Shown in pieces: positions 17,995-26,085 of a stretch of 64,000 bases of DNA. The stretch covers positions 15,753 through 79,752 of the forward strand of contig JAEDLR010000001.1 of assembly GCA_016295145.1 (NCBI GenBank). The letters run 5' to 3'. Below the pieces are notes generated by a model. That model saw only the letters and a program-made list of their open reading frames with translations. It was not told where the DNA came from and made no database searches. The DNA comes from Oscillospiraceae bacterium (GTDB lineage Bacteria; Bacillota; Clostridia; Oscillospirales; Ruminococcaceae). A program made the position numbers and the translations under genes. How positions within the stretch are numbered: the stretch's first letter is position 1; each line of letters begins with the position of its first letter.

Positions 17995-19878
17995 TTATTC
18001 CATCTCCATGATGATCGGCAGGATCATGGGGCGGCGCTGTGTGGCTTCGCGGATATAGTCGATCAATACATCACGCAGCGTCAGCTTGAGAGTATTCCAT
18101 TCGCGTATTGCGTTGGCAGAGCAGCTTTCGATCGCCTCGCATACACGCTGTTTTGCGCCCTCCATGATTTCTTCCGCCTCGCGCACATACACAAAGCCTC
18201 TGGAGATCAGTTCGGGGCCGGATACCACGGTACCGTTCTTGTCGATGCCCAGCACCACAATAATCAGACCGTCCTGCGCCAGGTGCTTGCGGTCACGAAG
18301 CACAATTGCGCCCACATCGCCCACGCCCAGACCGTCCACCATGACGCTGCCTGCTGGTGCCTGTGAGACGACTTTCATCTGCACACCGTTGGTTTCGATT
18401 ACATTGCCCAGTTCTGCAATGAGTACATTCTCTTTCGGAATGCCCATATCCACCGCCAGCTGTGCGTGTTTTTTCAGATGCTTATATTCGCCGTGTACAG
18501 GTATGAAGAACTTGGGCTTTGTCAGTGCCAGCATGAGCTTGAGCTCCTCCTGGCAGGCGTGACCCGAAACGTGTACCTCGTACATTCTCTCGTACACCAC
18601 CTGTGCGCCGGATTTCATCAGCTCGTTGACCACACGGGTGACATATTTCTCATTGCCGGGGATTGGCGTTGCGGAGATGATAATATAATCCTGTGGCGTA
18701 ATTGCCACTTGCTTGTGACTGTGCATCGCCATACGGGTGAGTGCCGACATCGGCTCCCCCTGGCTGCCCGTTGTGATCAGTACGATATCTTTTGCGGCAT
18801 AGCGGCCCATCAGTTCCGGCTCGATGAGTGTGCCCTTCTTGATCTGCAAATGCCCAAGCTTTGTGGCAATGTTCATGACATTGACCATACTTCTGCCCAT
18901 GACCACAACTTTTCTGCCGTAGCGTTCCGCGCAGTTGATGATCTGCTGTACGCGGTGAACATTGGAGGAGAAAGTCGCCACAATGATACGCTTGCCCTCG
19001 GCGGTGGCAAACAGCTTTTCAAAGGATTCGCCCACGGTGCGTTCTGTGGGGGTAAAGCCCGGTCGCTCTGCGTTGGTAGAATCTGCCATGAGTGCCAACA
19101 CACCCTTAGAACCAAGCTCACCAAAGCGCGCCAGATCAATAATGCCGCCGTTAATGGGGGAGTAATCCACCTTGAAATCGCCCGTATGCACCAGTACGCC
19201 GGCAGGGGTATGCACCGCAAGACCGACTGCATCTGGAATGGAGTGGTTCACATGAATGAATTCGACTGCCATGCAGCCCATGCGCACAGTCTGGCGCGGT
19301 TTCACCACATTCAGCCTTGCACTTTGGCTCAGGTGATGCTCTTTCAGCTTGGATTCCACCAGTGCAAGCGTCAACTGTGTGCCATACACGGGCACATTGA
19401 TTTTTTTCAGCAGATACGCAAGACCACCGATGTGATCCTCGTGACCGTGGGTGAGTACAATGCCCCGCAGACGGTCTGCGTGCTTTTCCAGATAAGTAAA
19501 ATCGGGAATGACCGAATCGACGCCGGGCATTTCTGCATCGGGGAATGCCATGCCGCAATCGATGATAAACATATCGTTTGCACATTCGATGACGGTCAGA
19601 TTCTTGCCGATTTCGCCCAGTCCGCCCAATGGAATGATGTGTACAGGCGTTTTTGGACGCTCTGCCATGTTGCTGTGATCGGGCGTTGCGGTTTTCTTTG
19701 CCACTACCGGATGCTGTTCTGTTTTACGGGGCTGTGATTTTTTATCTTTTTCGGCAGGGGGGGCGGTTTCATTGCGGAAATACTTTTTGCCCACTGTCGA
19801 AAGCGGTACGCCGTTCTTGGCTTTTGCGTGATAGCCAATGCGGCGTCCATTGTTATTGTGATTCGGATTTCTGTTCAA
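17995..19878 (-). CDS. rnj: Ribonuclease J (beta-CASP metallo-beta-lactamase RNase) with a basic N-terminal extension
   Basis: HGHEDHIGG motif and beta-CASP domain. Start set to TTG 19878, 9 nt after AAGGAG. The track ATG at 20022 lies inside or upstream of the predicted promoter. Confidence 0.85.
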   Translation of the reverse strand: MNRNPNHNNNGRRIGYHAKAKNGVPLSTVGKKYFRNETAPPAEKDKKSQPRKTEQHPVVAKKTATPDHSNMAERPKTPVHIIPLGGLGEIGKNLTVIECANDMFIIDCGMAFPDAEMPGVDSVIPDFTYLEKHADRLRGIVLTHGHEDHIGGLAYLLKKINVPVYGTQLTLALVESKLKEHHLSQSARLNVVKPRQTVRMGCMAVEFIHVNHSIPDAVGLAVHTPAGVLVHTGDFKVDYSPINGGIIDLARFGELGSKGVLALMADSTNAERPGFTPTERTVGESFEKLFATAEGKRIIVATFSSNVHRVQQIINCAERYGRKVVVMGRSMVNVMNIATKLGHLQIKKGTLIEPELMGRYAAKDIVLITTGSQGEPMSALTRMAMHSHKQVAITPQDYIIISATPIPGNEKYVTRVVNELMKSGAQVVYERMYEVHVSGHACQEELKLMLALTKPKFFIPVHGEYKHLKKHAQLAVDMGIPKENVLIAELGNVIETNGVQMKVVSQAPAGSVMVDGLGVGDVGAIVLRDRKHLAQDGLIIVVLGIDKNGTVVSGPELISRGFVYVREAEEIMEGAKQRVCEAIESCSANAIREWNTLKLTLRDVLIDYIREATQRRPMILPIIMEME

Positions 19879-20022
19879 TACGATACGCTCCTTTTGAAGA
19901 ATTTGTTTTGTGTTTTGTTTGTGCAAGGGAAAATCGAATATATCGCACCTGCTTTTTCCTAGCAGGTAAAAACCAAATGGTAAATTCTGCCGGATCGTAT
20001 AAGCACACTCATACATATACAA

Positions 20023-20051
20023 GTATACGACAAATCGGCGGAAAAGTCAAG
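20023..20051 (-). promoter_or_regulatory. SigA-type promoter of rnj
   Basis: Minus strand: TTGACT (20051-20046), 17-nt spacer, TATACT (20028-20023). Confidence 0.55.
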
Positions 20052-20230
20052 CGTTTTTGCCTTTGCGATAGATGAAAGGGGCATTTTCGCCGTGTTTCGA
20101 TGCTTTCTGACAGCATCTCCCTGCACGTTGTACATGGGTACTCCTTGCCAGTATACCCGATGTCATGCTGCTTTATGCGATATTGCAAGCCCTGTTGTGG
20201 GAGGGCTTCTCCATATGCACCCTTACAAAG

Positions 20231-20262
20231 CAAAACCGCCTCCGAACAAGCATCGGAGGCGG
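20231..20262 (-). terminator. Terminator of the xylanase gene
   Basis: CCGCCTCCGA (20237-20246) pairs with TCGGAGGCGG (20253-20262). On the minus strand the hairpin is followed by TTTTG. Confidence 0.75.
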
Positions 20263-20301
20263 TAAAAATGCATATGTGGCGCACAGTGCGCAATGATCTG
20301 C

Positions 20302-21789
20302 TTACAGACCAGCCAACATCTTCAAAATGATCGTAGCGTCTTCGCTATCGGCTGTACCGGATGCGTTCATATCGGCGTTTGCCATGCCAGCTGCGCTGAT
20401 GGTGGCTGTCGTATCCTCGGCGAGGAAACGATTGAGCAAAATCACATCGCCGACTTTTACGTCGCTGTCGCAATTGACATCACCCGGCTTGGACGCCTGA
20501 ACTGGCTCGGAACTGGTTGTGGTGGTAGTAGTAGTAGTTGTTGTTGTTGTTGTGTTGGTTGTTGTGGTAGTTTCAATTGGGGGGGCGTTGCTTACCACGC
20601 CCTCGATGCCGCCATAGGCTTCATCCATGAAGAAAGCGCAGGTACTGTCAGCGATTTCGACATACAGCAGCATGGCACTTGCGCCGTTGGGAATGGTATA
20701 CGATGGATTTTCCAGCGTGACCCATTGGTCGCTGGTACCCATGGCGGAAGCCACAGTGTCATACTGTGTTTCACCATTGGCATCATTGTATTGCAGCGTC
20801 AGCCTGATTTCCTGTTCCGCACCGCTTCTCTGCATCACGCTTGCGCCAAAGCCGTAGGCAGAGCCGGGCTTGAACACGCTCGCACTGAGATCGCGTCCCG
20901 CGCCGTTCCATGTATCGGTACGGCCGATAACAGCAAGGGCTGTATCGCCTGCGCGGGCAACGTCGGTGGTATATGCCAGTGATGATTCGCCGCGGGAAGT
21001 CCACTTGCCCATATCATCCTCAAAGGTATCATAGAAATAGTAGCCGTTTTCATCCGGCTCAATCACGGGCGGGGCGGTTGTGGTAATGGGAGCATCACCG
21101 CCCAGGGTAAGGATATTCTTGTTGACCGTTGCCGAGCCGCTGCTCTGATATCCCTCAACAGTCAGGGCGATCTCGTAGAACTTGCCGCTCATATCCAGCC
21201 CCAGTGATTCCCACGCCTTGAAATGCTCATGCACCGAGATCACACCGCTGGTGCGCTTTTCCTTGCGCACGCTCCAATATTGATAGAAGGTGGTGTCGCC
21301 GATGATGGAGGGCTTATTCTCGCGCAGGGTCTTGTAGACATCATATTCTGCACCGTCTACAGTTACAGTGCCAATGGAACTGCCCCCTGGCGGACGCCAG
21401 CTGCCCCAGCTATCTACAATGTAATACTCGATCAGCGGATTCTTGGTCCAGCCGTAGACGCACAAATACGAGTTGCCGTTGGGGTTGTAATCCACATCGT
21501 ATTCTACCGTCACAGCGCCGATATCCTTGTAGCTCTGTGTGCAGTCGAATTTTTGCCCCGTGCGGAACAATGCGTTGCCGATATTGTCCCATTCGCAACT
21601 GAATGCGCCGTTGCCGAGCAGCGTCATGGTGGTGTTGCCGTAATCCTTCCACAGCTCATAGCTGTAGCCGTCCTCAGTACCGGTCGCATTTCCGGTAAGG
21701 ACTGTTGCTGCGCTTACGCTTTGCGGCAAAATGGCGCTAAAAGCCAATGCCGTAGCGCAACAAGCAGCAAGCCACTGGTGTTTTTTCAT
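20302..21789 (-). CDS. Secreted modular endo-1,4-beta-xylanase: signal peptide, GH11 catalytic domain, carbohydrate-binding module, Thr-rich linker, type I dockerin
   Basis: GH11 signature blocks ([47 protein letters not shown]). The C-terminus has duplicated Ca-binding dockerin segments ([21 protein letters not shown] / [21 protein letters not shown]). ATG 21789 lies 8 nt after GAGGGG. Confidence 0.9.
   Translation of the reverse strand: MKKHQWLAACCATALAFSAILPQSVSAATVLTGNATGTEDGYSYELWKDYGNTTMTLLGNGAFSCEWDNIGNALFRTGQKFDCTQSYKDIGAVTVEYDVDYNPNGNSYLCVYGWTKNPLIEYYIVDSWGSWRPPGGSSIGTVTVDGAEYDVYKTLRENKPSIIGDTTFYQYWSVRKEKRTSGVISVHEHFKAWESLGLDMSGKFYEIALTVEGYQSSGSATVNKNILTLGGDAPITTTAPPVIEPDENGYYFYDTFEDDMGKWTSRGESSLAYTTDVARAGDTALAVIGRTDTWNGAGRDLSASVFKPGSAYGFGASVMQRSGAEQEIRLTLQYNDANGETQYDTVASAMGTSDQWVTLENPSYTIPNGASAMLLYVEIADSTCAFFMDEAYGGIEGVVSNAPPIETTTTTNTTTTTTTTTTTTTSSEPVQASKPGDVNCDSDVKVGDVILLNRFLAEDTTATISAAGMANADMNASGTADSEDATIILKMLAGL
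20515..20570 (-). repeat. Imperfect trinucleotide (ACN)n tract encoding the poly-Thr linker of the xylanase
   Basis: Plus strand reads GGTTGTGGTGGTAGTAGTAGTAGTTGTTGTTGTTGTTGTGTTGGTTGTTGTGGTAG. It encodes [20 protein letters not shown]. Confidence 0.8.
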
Positions 21790-21868
21790 AGACATTTCCC
21801 CTCGTTATTAATATATTTGACGACGACGCGCAGGATCGGTACAATTATACGCCTTGTCGTCATTTTAC

Positions 21869-21897
21869 ATTTTATCACAAGGGGTATATTCTGTCAA
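21869..21897 (-). promoter_or_regulatory. SigA-type promoter of the xylanase gene
   Basis: Minus strand: TTGACA (21897-21892), 17-nt spacer, TAAAAT (21874-21869). Confidence 0.5.
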
Positions 21898-22016
21898 GAT
21901 TTCCCAGTGCAAATATTACTTTCACAGATTAAATTCGTATATTCTGCAAATGCTCGCTCAAGATTATGACGCTATTTTGTAAACATCGACGAAAATGAAA
22001 ACGGTAAAAAAAAGTC

Positions 22017-22045
22017 TTGACTTTTGGGGCAAAATCTGATATAAT
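22017..22045 (+). promoter_or_regulatory. Near-consensus SigA promoter of the tRNA pair
   Basis: TTGACT (22017-22022), 17-nt spacer, TATAAT (22040-22045), about 20 nt upstream of the tRNA-Leu 5' end. Confidence 0.65.
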
Positions 22046-22065
22046 GTTCTGGTAATGAATGAGAA

Positions 22066-22148
22066 GCGAGTGTGCTGGAACTGGCAGACAGGCACGTTTG
22101 AGGGGCGTGTGCTTCGGCGTACGGGTTCAAGTCCCGTCACTCGCACCA
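22066..22148 (+). tRNA. tRNA-Leu (anticodon GAG), CCA encoded
   Basis: Acceptor GCGAGTG/CACTCGC, anticodon stem CACGT/GCGTG with loop TTGAGGG, long variable arm, T-arm GGGTTCAAGTCCC, 3' ACCA. Confidence 0.9.
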
Positions 22149-22168
22149 CCGTTTGTGCAATTGAATAT

Positions 22169-22257
22169 GGAAAGATGGCTGAGCTGGTCTAAGGCGCACG
22201 ACTGGAAATCGTGTAGGCGTTAATAGCGTCTCGAGGGTTCGAATCCCTCTCTTTCCG
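22169..22257 (+). tRNA. tRNA-Ser (anticodon GGA), CCA not encoded
   Basis: Acceptor GGAAAGA/TCTTTCC, anticodon stem CACGA/TCGTG with loop CTGGAAA, long variable arm, T-arm GAGGGTTCGAATCCCTC, discriminator G. Confidence 0.9.
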
Positions 22258-22260
22258 CTG

Positions 22261-22290
22261 AAAAGGGTACGCAATCGCGTGCCCTTTTTT
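22261..22290 (+). terminator. Terminator after the tRNA pair
   Basis: GGGTACGC (22265-22272) pairs with GCGTGCCC (22277-22284), followed by TTTTTT. Confidence 0.7.
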
Positions 22291-22388
22291 CATTGCAGCA
22301 AACGGCATACCGGGGCACTGTCATGCCAATCAACAGAGTAGTTTGGCAGCAATCGTGTGCAGAAACGGACAAATTGTCGCATGGCAAC

Positions 22389-22421
22389 AAAAAAGCACCG
22401 TGATAGACGCACGGTGCTTTT
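22389..22421 (-). terminator. Terminator of ppiB (hairpin flanked by A-run and T-run, potentially bidirectional)
   Basis: AAAAGCACCGTG (22390-22401) pairs with CACGGTGCTTTT (22409-22420). Confidence 0.7.
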
Positions 22422-22442
22422 GGTTGATTGCGGTGATTGCAA

Positions 22443-22919
22443 TCAATCTGCAATCACTTCTACCGTTTTCATGATCTGGGGCTGCAGGGGCTTATCAGCA
22501 TAGTTGGTATCTACTGCAGCAATCTCATCGACCACATCCATGCCCTCTACGACTTCGCCAAAGGCGGCGTACTGACCGTCCAGATGGGGCGCATCCTTGT
22601 GCATGATGAAGAACTGGGAACCTGCGCTGTCGGGATGCGCAGCCCGCGCCATGCTCAGGACACCGCGGGTGTGTTTGAGATCGTTGGGCACGCCGTTTGC
22701 GCGGAATTCACCCTTGATCTGCCAGCCGGGGCCGCCGGTTCCGGTGCCCAGAGGGCAACCGCCCTGAATCATAAAGCCGGGAATGACACGGTGGAAGCAC
22801 AGCCCGTTGTAGAAGCCCTGCGCTACGAGCTTCTCAAAGTTTTCGCAGGAGATGGGTGCCACTTCGGGGTGCAGCCGCAGTTTTATTTGCTTACCGTTTT
22901 CCATCGTAATCAGAATCAT
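22443..22919 (-). CDS. ppiB: Cyclophilin-type peptidyl-prolyl cis-trans isomerase
   Basis: FHRVIPGFMIQGG and SMARA..PDSAGSQFFI motifs. ATG 22919 lies 7 nt after AAAGGAAG. Confidence 0.9.
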   Translation of the reverse strand: MILITMENGKQIKLRLHPEVAPISCENFEKLVAQGFYNGLCFHRVIPGFMIQGGCPLGTGTGGPGWQIKGEFRANGVPNDLKHTRGVLSMARAAHPDSAGSQFFIMHKDAPHLDGQYAAFGEVVEGMDVVDEIAAVDTNYADKPLQPQIMKTVEVIAD

Positions 22920-22936
22920 GAGAAATCTTCCTTTCA

Positions 22937-24520
22937 TTAGTTCAGTTCAATATCCTTGACATCTTCCAACGTCAGTGTAGTCAACTCGGCGTCGGTGATG
23001 TTTGGGTCGTTTGCCAGGCGGTTTGCCTGCTTCGTGATGGCACGCTCATAAAAGTTGCGGATATCACGGGCATTGGCAAAGGTTTTCAGATTCATGCCGC
23101 AACGCTGCACAAAATAGGCAAGCACCTCCTGCTCTGCCTCCGGGGTCACAGTCATGCCGGAACGCGTACAGGTGCTCTTGAAGATATCCAGCAGTTCGTC
23201 GGGCATATAGTCCTGGAAGTTGATGATCTTGTTAAAGCGCGAACGCAGACCAGGGTTGCTATCCAGAAATTCTTCCATGAGATCGGTGTAGCCCGCTACG
23301 ATCACAATGAAGTCATCACGGTGATCTTCCATGGCCTTCAGCAGGGTGTTGACAGCCTCCATGCCAAAGTCATTTTTGCCTGTGCTTGCGGTGAGCGCGT
23401 ATGCCTCATCAATAAACAGCACGCCGCCCATTGCCGAGTCGATGACCTCCTTGGTCTTGATGGCGGTCTGACCCACATAGCCGCTGACCAGCCCCGAACG
23501 GTCGACCTCCACAAGTTGCCCCTTTTCCAGTACGCCCAGACTGTGGTAGATGCCTGCGAGAATACGCGCCACGGTGGTCTTGCCCGTGCCAGGATTCCCC
23601 AGAAATGCCATGTGCAGCGACATGGGTGCCTGCGGCATACCGCGCTCCTCGCGCATTTTGCGCACACGGATGAGGTTGATCAGACTGTTGAGATCCGCCT
23701 TGACCGCATCCAGACCCGTCAGATCGTTAAGTTTTTGCAGTTGTTCCTCCAGTGTGAGGGGCTTGTCCTCTGTCTTCACCTGCGGTGCAGCGGGTTGCTT
23801 TGGCTGCGTAGGCTGTACAGGCTGCTGTGGCGTAAACGGTGTGTTGGCAGGGGTCACCGGAATGTTTGGTCTGCCGTTATATGCAGGTGCCTGTGGCCGC
23901 ACGGGGGATTGCGGTGCAGGCGGATGATTGGGCGTATTGGGCGTACTAGGCGTATTCCATGGCGAGCTGCCGTATCCCGTGGGATACGAGGGGCGATTCT
24001 TGATGCGCTGCTGCTCTGCGATCATTTTTTCCCAGTTGGAAATGTACTCCATGCGAAAATTGCGCAGTGCAAGGATCAGCGCGGCGAGATCCTGCATCAC
24101 AAAGGGATCCGGCTTGTGACCGTCCACCTGCATGAAATCCAAGCCGGCCTGATTGAGAAATTCAATGAGTGCAAGGCTCATACCGCCCATAGGGGAGGTT
24201 TCCAGATCCAGTCGCAGAAAGGGCATCATCAGCGTAATAATGCTGTCTTTCAGGCTGTATTTGGTGATCTTACAGCTGACGTGGAAACGGTCGATCTGCT
24301 CTGCGGACATCATATAGCCAAGTGCGCCGTTGATGTAGCCGATCTCGTTCATGGAGATATTGCCACTGTTTGCCCCCAGATATACAAAGAATTTCAGCAG
24401 GGTAAAGCGCAGGTAATCCTGCATGGATTTGCCCTGTACGGAAACGGAATAGCCGTGGGACTCGCACACCTGACACTGTGCATGGATATGCGACAGCTGC
24501 TTTGCAACATCCTGCTGCAT
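22937..24520 (-). CDS. SpoVK/CbbX-type AAA+ ATPase with an N-terminal helical domain and a long Pro/Thr/Gln-rich linker
   Basis: C-terminal half carries GNPGTGKTTVARILAGIY, Walker B VLFIDEAYAL and IVAGY. ATG lies 9 nt after AGGAGG. Confidence 0.8.
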   Translation of the reverse strand: MQQDVAKQLSHIHAQCQVCESHGYSVSVQGKSMQDYLRFTLLKFFVYLGANSGNISMNEIGYINGALGYMMSAEQIDRFHVSCKITKYSLKDSIITLMMPFLRLDLETSPMGGMSLALIEFLNQAGLDFMQVDGHKPDPFVMQDLAALILALRNFRMEYISNWEKMIAEQQRIKNRPSYPTGYGSSPWNTPSTPNTPNHPPAPQSPVRPQAPAYNGRPNIPVTPANTPFTPQQPVQPTQPKQPAAPQVKTEDKPLTLEEQLQKLNDLTGLDAVKADLNSLINLIRVRKMREERGMPQAPMSLHMAFLGNPGTGKTTVARILAGIYHSLGVLEKGQLVEVDRSGLVSGYVGQTAIKTKEVIDSAMGGVLFIDEAYALTASTGKNDFGMEAVNTLLKAMEDHRDDFIVIVAGYTDLMEEFLDSNPGLRSRFNKIINFQDYMPDELLDIFKSTCTRSGMTVTPEAEQEVLAYFVQRCGMNLKTFANARDIRNFYERAITKQANRLANDPNITDAELTTLTLEDVKDIELN

Positions 24521-24552
24521 GGTAAGATGCCTCCTGTCAAATCAAAATAGGA

Positions 24553-25770
24553 TCAGCCGAGGGTGACCTTGTGGAAGGTCTTTTTCCCCTTTTTGAGAAT
24601 TACTTCGCCGTCGATGGCAACTTGTGTTTTGACATCGGTGATCTTGGCGTCGTTGACTGTGATACCGCCCTGCTGCACCAGACGGCGTGCCTCACCGATG
24701 GAGGGAGCAAGCCCGGTTTTGACCAGAAGCGGCAGCAGACCCATGCAGCCGTCGGTCAACTCGGAAGCGGCAACGGTGGTGGTAGGCATATCTGCAGAAT
24801 TGCCGCCTCCTGCAAAAATGGCTCGTGCTGCATCGCGCTGTTTGACGGCTTCTTCCTCGCCATGCACAAGTTTGGTCAGTTCAAAGGCAAGCAGCTCCTT
24901 TGCCTGATTGTATGCGGCACCTTCCATGTTCTGCTCCATCGCTTCGATCTCCTCAATGGGCAAGAAGGTCAGCATTTTCAGGCACTTGATGACATCGGCA
25001 TCGGCAACATTGCGCCAATACTGGAAAAACTCGTAGGGAGAGGTCTTTTCTGCATCCAGCCAGACAGCACCTTTTTCAGTTTTACCCATTTTTTTGCCCT
25101 CGGAGTTGAGGAGCAGCGTAATGGTCATGGCATAGGCGTCCTTGCCGAGCTTTTTGCGGATCAGTTCCGTGCCGCCGAGCATATTTGCCCACTGGTCATC
25201 GCCGCCAAACTGCATATTGCAGCCGTAATCCTGGTACAGTCTGTAGAAGTCGTAGCTTTGCATAATCATATAGTTGAACTCAAGGAAGGTCAGACCGCGT
25301 TCCATGCGCTGTTTGTAGCACTCAAAGGTGAGCATTTTGTTGACAGAGAAGCACGCGCCGACTTCGCGCAGCACTTCAATGTAGTTGAGCCCGAGCAGCC
25401 AGTCTGCATTGTTGACCATCAGTGCCTTGCCCTCGGAGAAATCAATGAAGCGACTCATCTGCTTTTTGAAGCATTCACAGTTGTGGTCGATGTCCTCTTT
25501 GGTGAGCATTTTGCGCATATCGCTTTTGCCCGAGGGGTCACCGATCATACCGGTACCGCCGCCTACCAGAGCAATGGGTTTATTGCCTGCCATCTGCAGT
25601 CGTTTCATCAGGCACAGCGCCATAAAATGCCCCACATGAAGGGAATCCGCAGTGGGATCAAATCCGATGTAGAAGGTTGCCTTACCCTGATTGATAAGGT
25701 CGGCGATTCCCTGCTCGTCAGTGGTCTGCGCGATCAGTCCGCGCCGAGTGAGTTCTTCGTAAAGAGTCAT
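24553..25770 (-). CDS. tyrS: Tyrosine--tRNA ligase
   Basis: HIGH-type motif (LHVGH), KMSKS-type (KMGKT), C-terminal S4-like domain. Canonical N-terminus [15 protein letters not shown]. Confidence 0.95.
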   Translation of the reverse strand: MTLYEELTRRGLIAQTTDEQGIADLINQGKATFYIGFDPTADSLHVGHFMALCLMKRLQMAGNKPIALVGGGTGMIGDPSGKSDMRKMLTKEDIDHNCECFKKQMSRFIDFSEGKALMVNNADWLLGLNYIEVLREVGACFSVNKMLTFECYKQRMERGLTFLEFNYMIMQSYDFYRLYQDYGCNMQFGGDDQWANMLGGTELIRKKLGKDAYAMTITLLLNSEGKKMGKTEKGAVWLDAEKTSPYEFFQYWRNVADADVIKCLKMLTFLPIEEIEAMEQNMEGAAYNQAKELLAFELTKLVHGEEEAVKQRDAARAIFAGGGNSADMPTTTVAASELTDGCMGLLPLLVKTGLAPSIGEARRLVQQGGITVNDAKITDVKTQVAIDGEVILKKGKKTFHKVTLG

Positions 25771-25940
25771 AATCGTATATTCCTTTCAATTTCTAAAAAC
25801 GCTATTTCTGCAACCTGCAACTGTACCACAGCCGCCGTTGGGATCAATCAAAGCAGCAGATATCATACGGTGCAATGCCGTGTCATCAACATGATTTGCC
25901 TATGCAACATATGCTGCCGCTCCTTTCTTATGAAATCAGT
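25771..25940 (-). promoter_or_regulatory. Putative T-box-type leader of tyrS (about 170 nt)
   Basis: The leader RNA contains ...GGCGGCUGUGGUACAGUUGC..., with the T-box core UGGUAC at 25823-25828. A long imperfect upstream hairpin (GGCAGCAUAU...AUAUCUGCUGCU) has UAU-G in its 3' side. A U5 run precedes the SD. The terminator helix is weak. Confidence 0.4.
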
Positions 25941-25947
25941 GATTTTT

Positions 25948-25976
25948 ATTATACTACAAAGCAGAAAAAATGTCAA
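25948..25976 (-). promoter_or_regulatory. Consensus SigA promoter of tyrS
   Basis: Minus strand: TTGACA (25976-25971), 17-nt spacer, TATAAT (25953-25948). Confidence 0.65.
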
Positions 25977-26085
25977 ATGAAAAGAGAGTTTCACGCTCCG
26001 CGGACAGCGGCAAGGGACGCTGTCCCTTGACCCTGCAACCCTTTGGAAAGGCTTGACCGAAACTATGATTATAGGATGGTCTGCT

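Noticed and set aside
21964-22453. Minus-strand ORFs 21964-22149 and 22220-22453, which overlap the tRNA genes.
   Set aside because: They overlap two well-formed tRNA genes and their promoter and terminator, and show no coding signal.
23780-23960. The Pro-rich coding stretch of the SpoVK-like gene, considered as a possible DNA tandem repeat.
   Set aside because: The amino-acid bias (P/T/Q/N) is not matched by a regular nucleotide repeat unit. It looks like a low-complexity linker rather than a repeat array.
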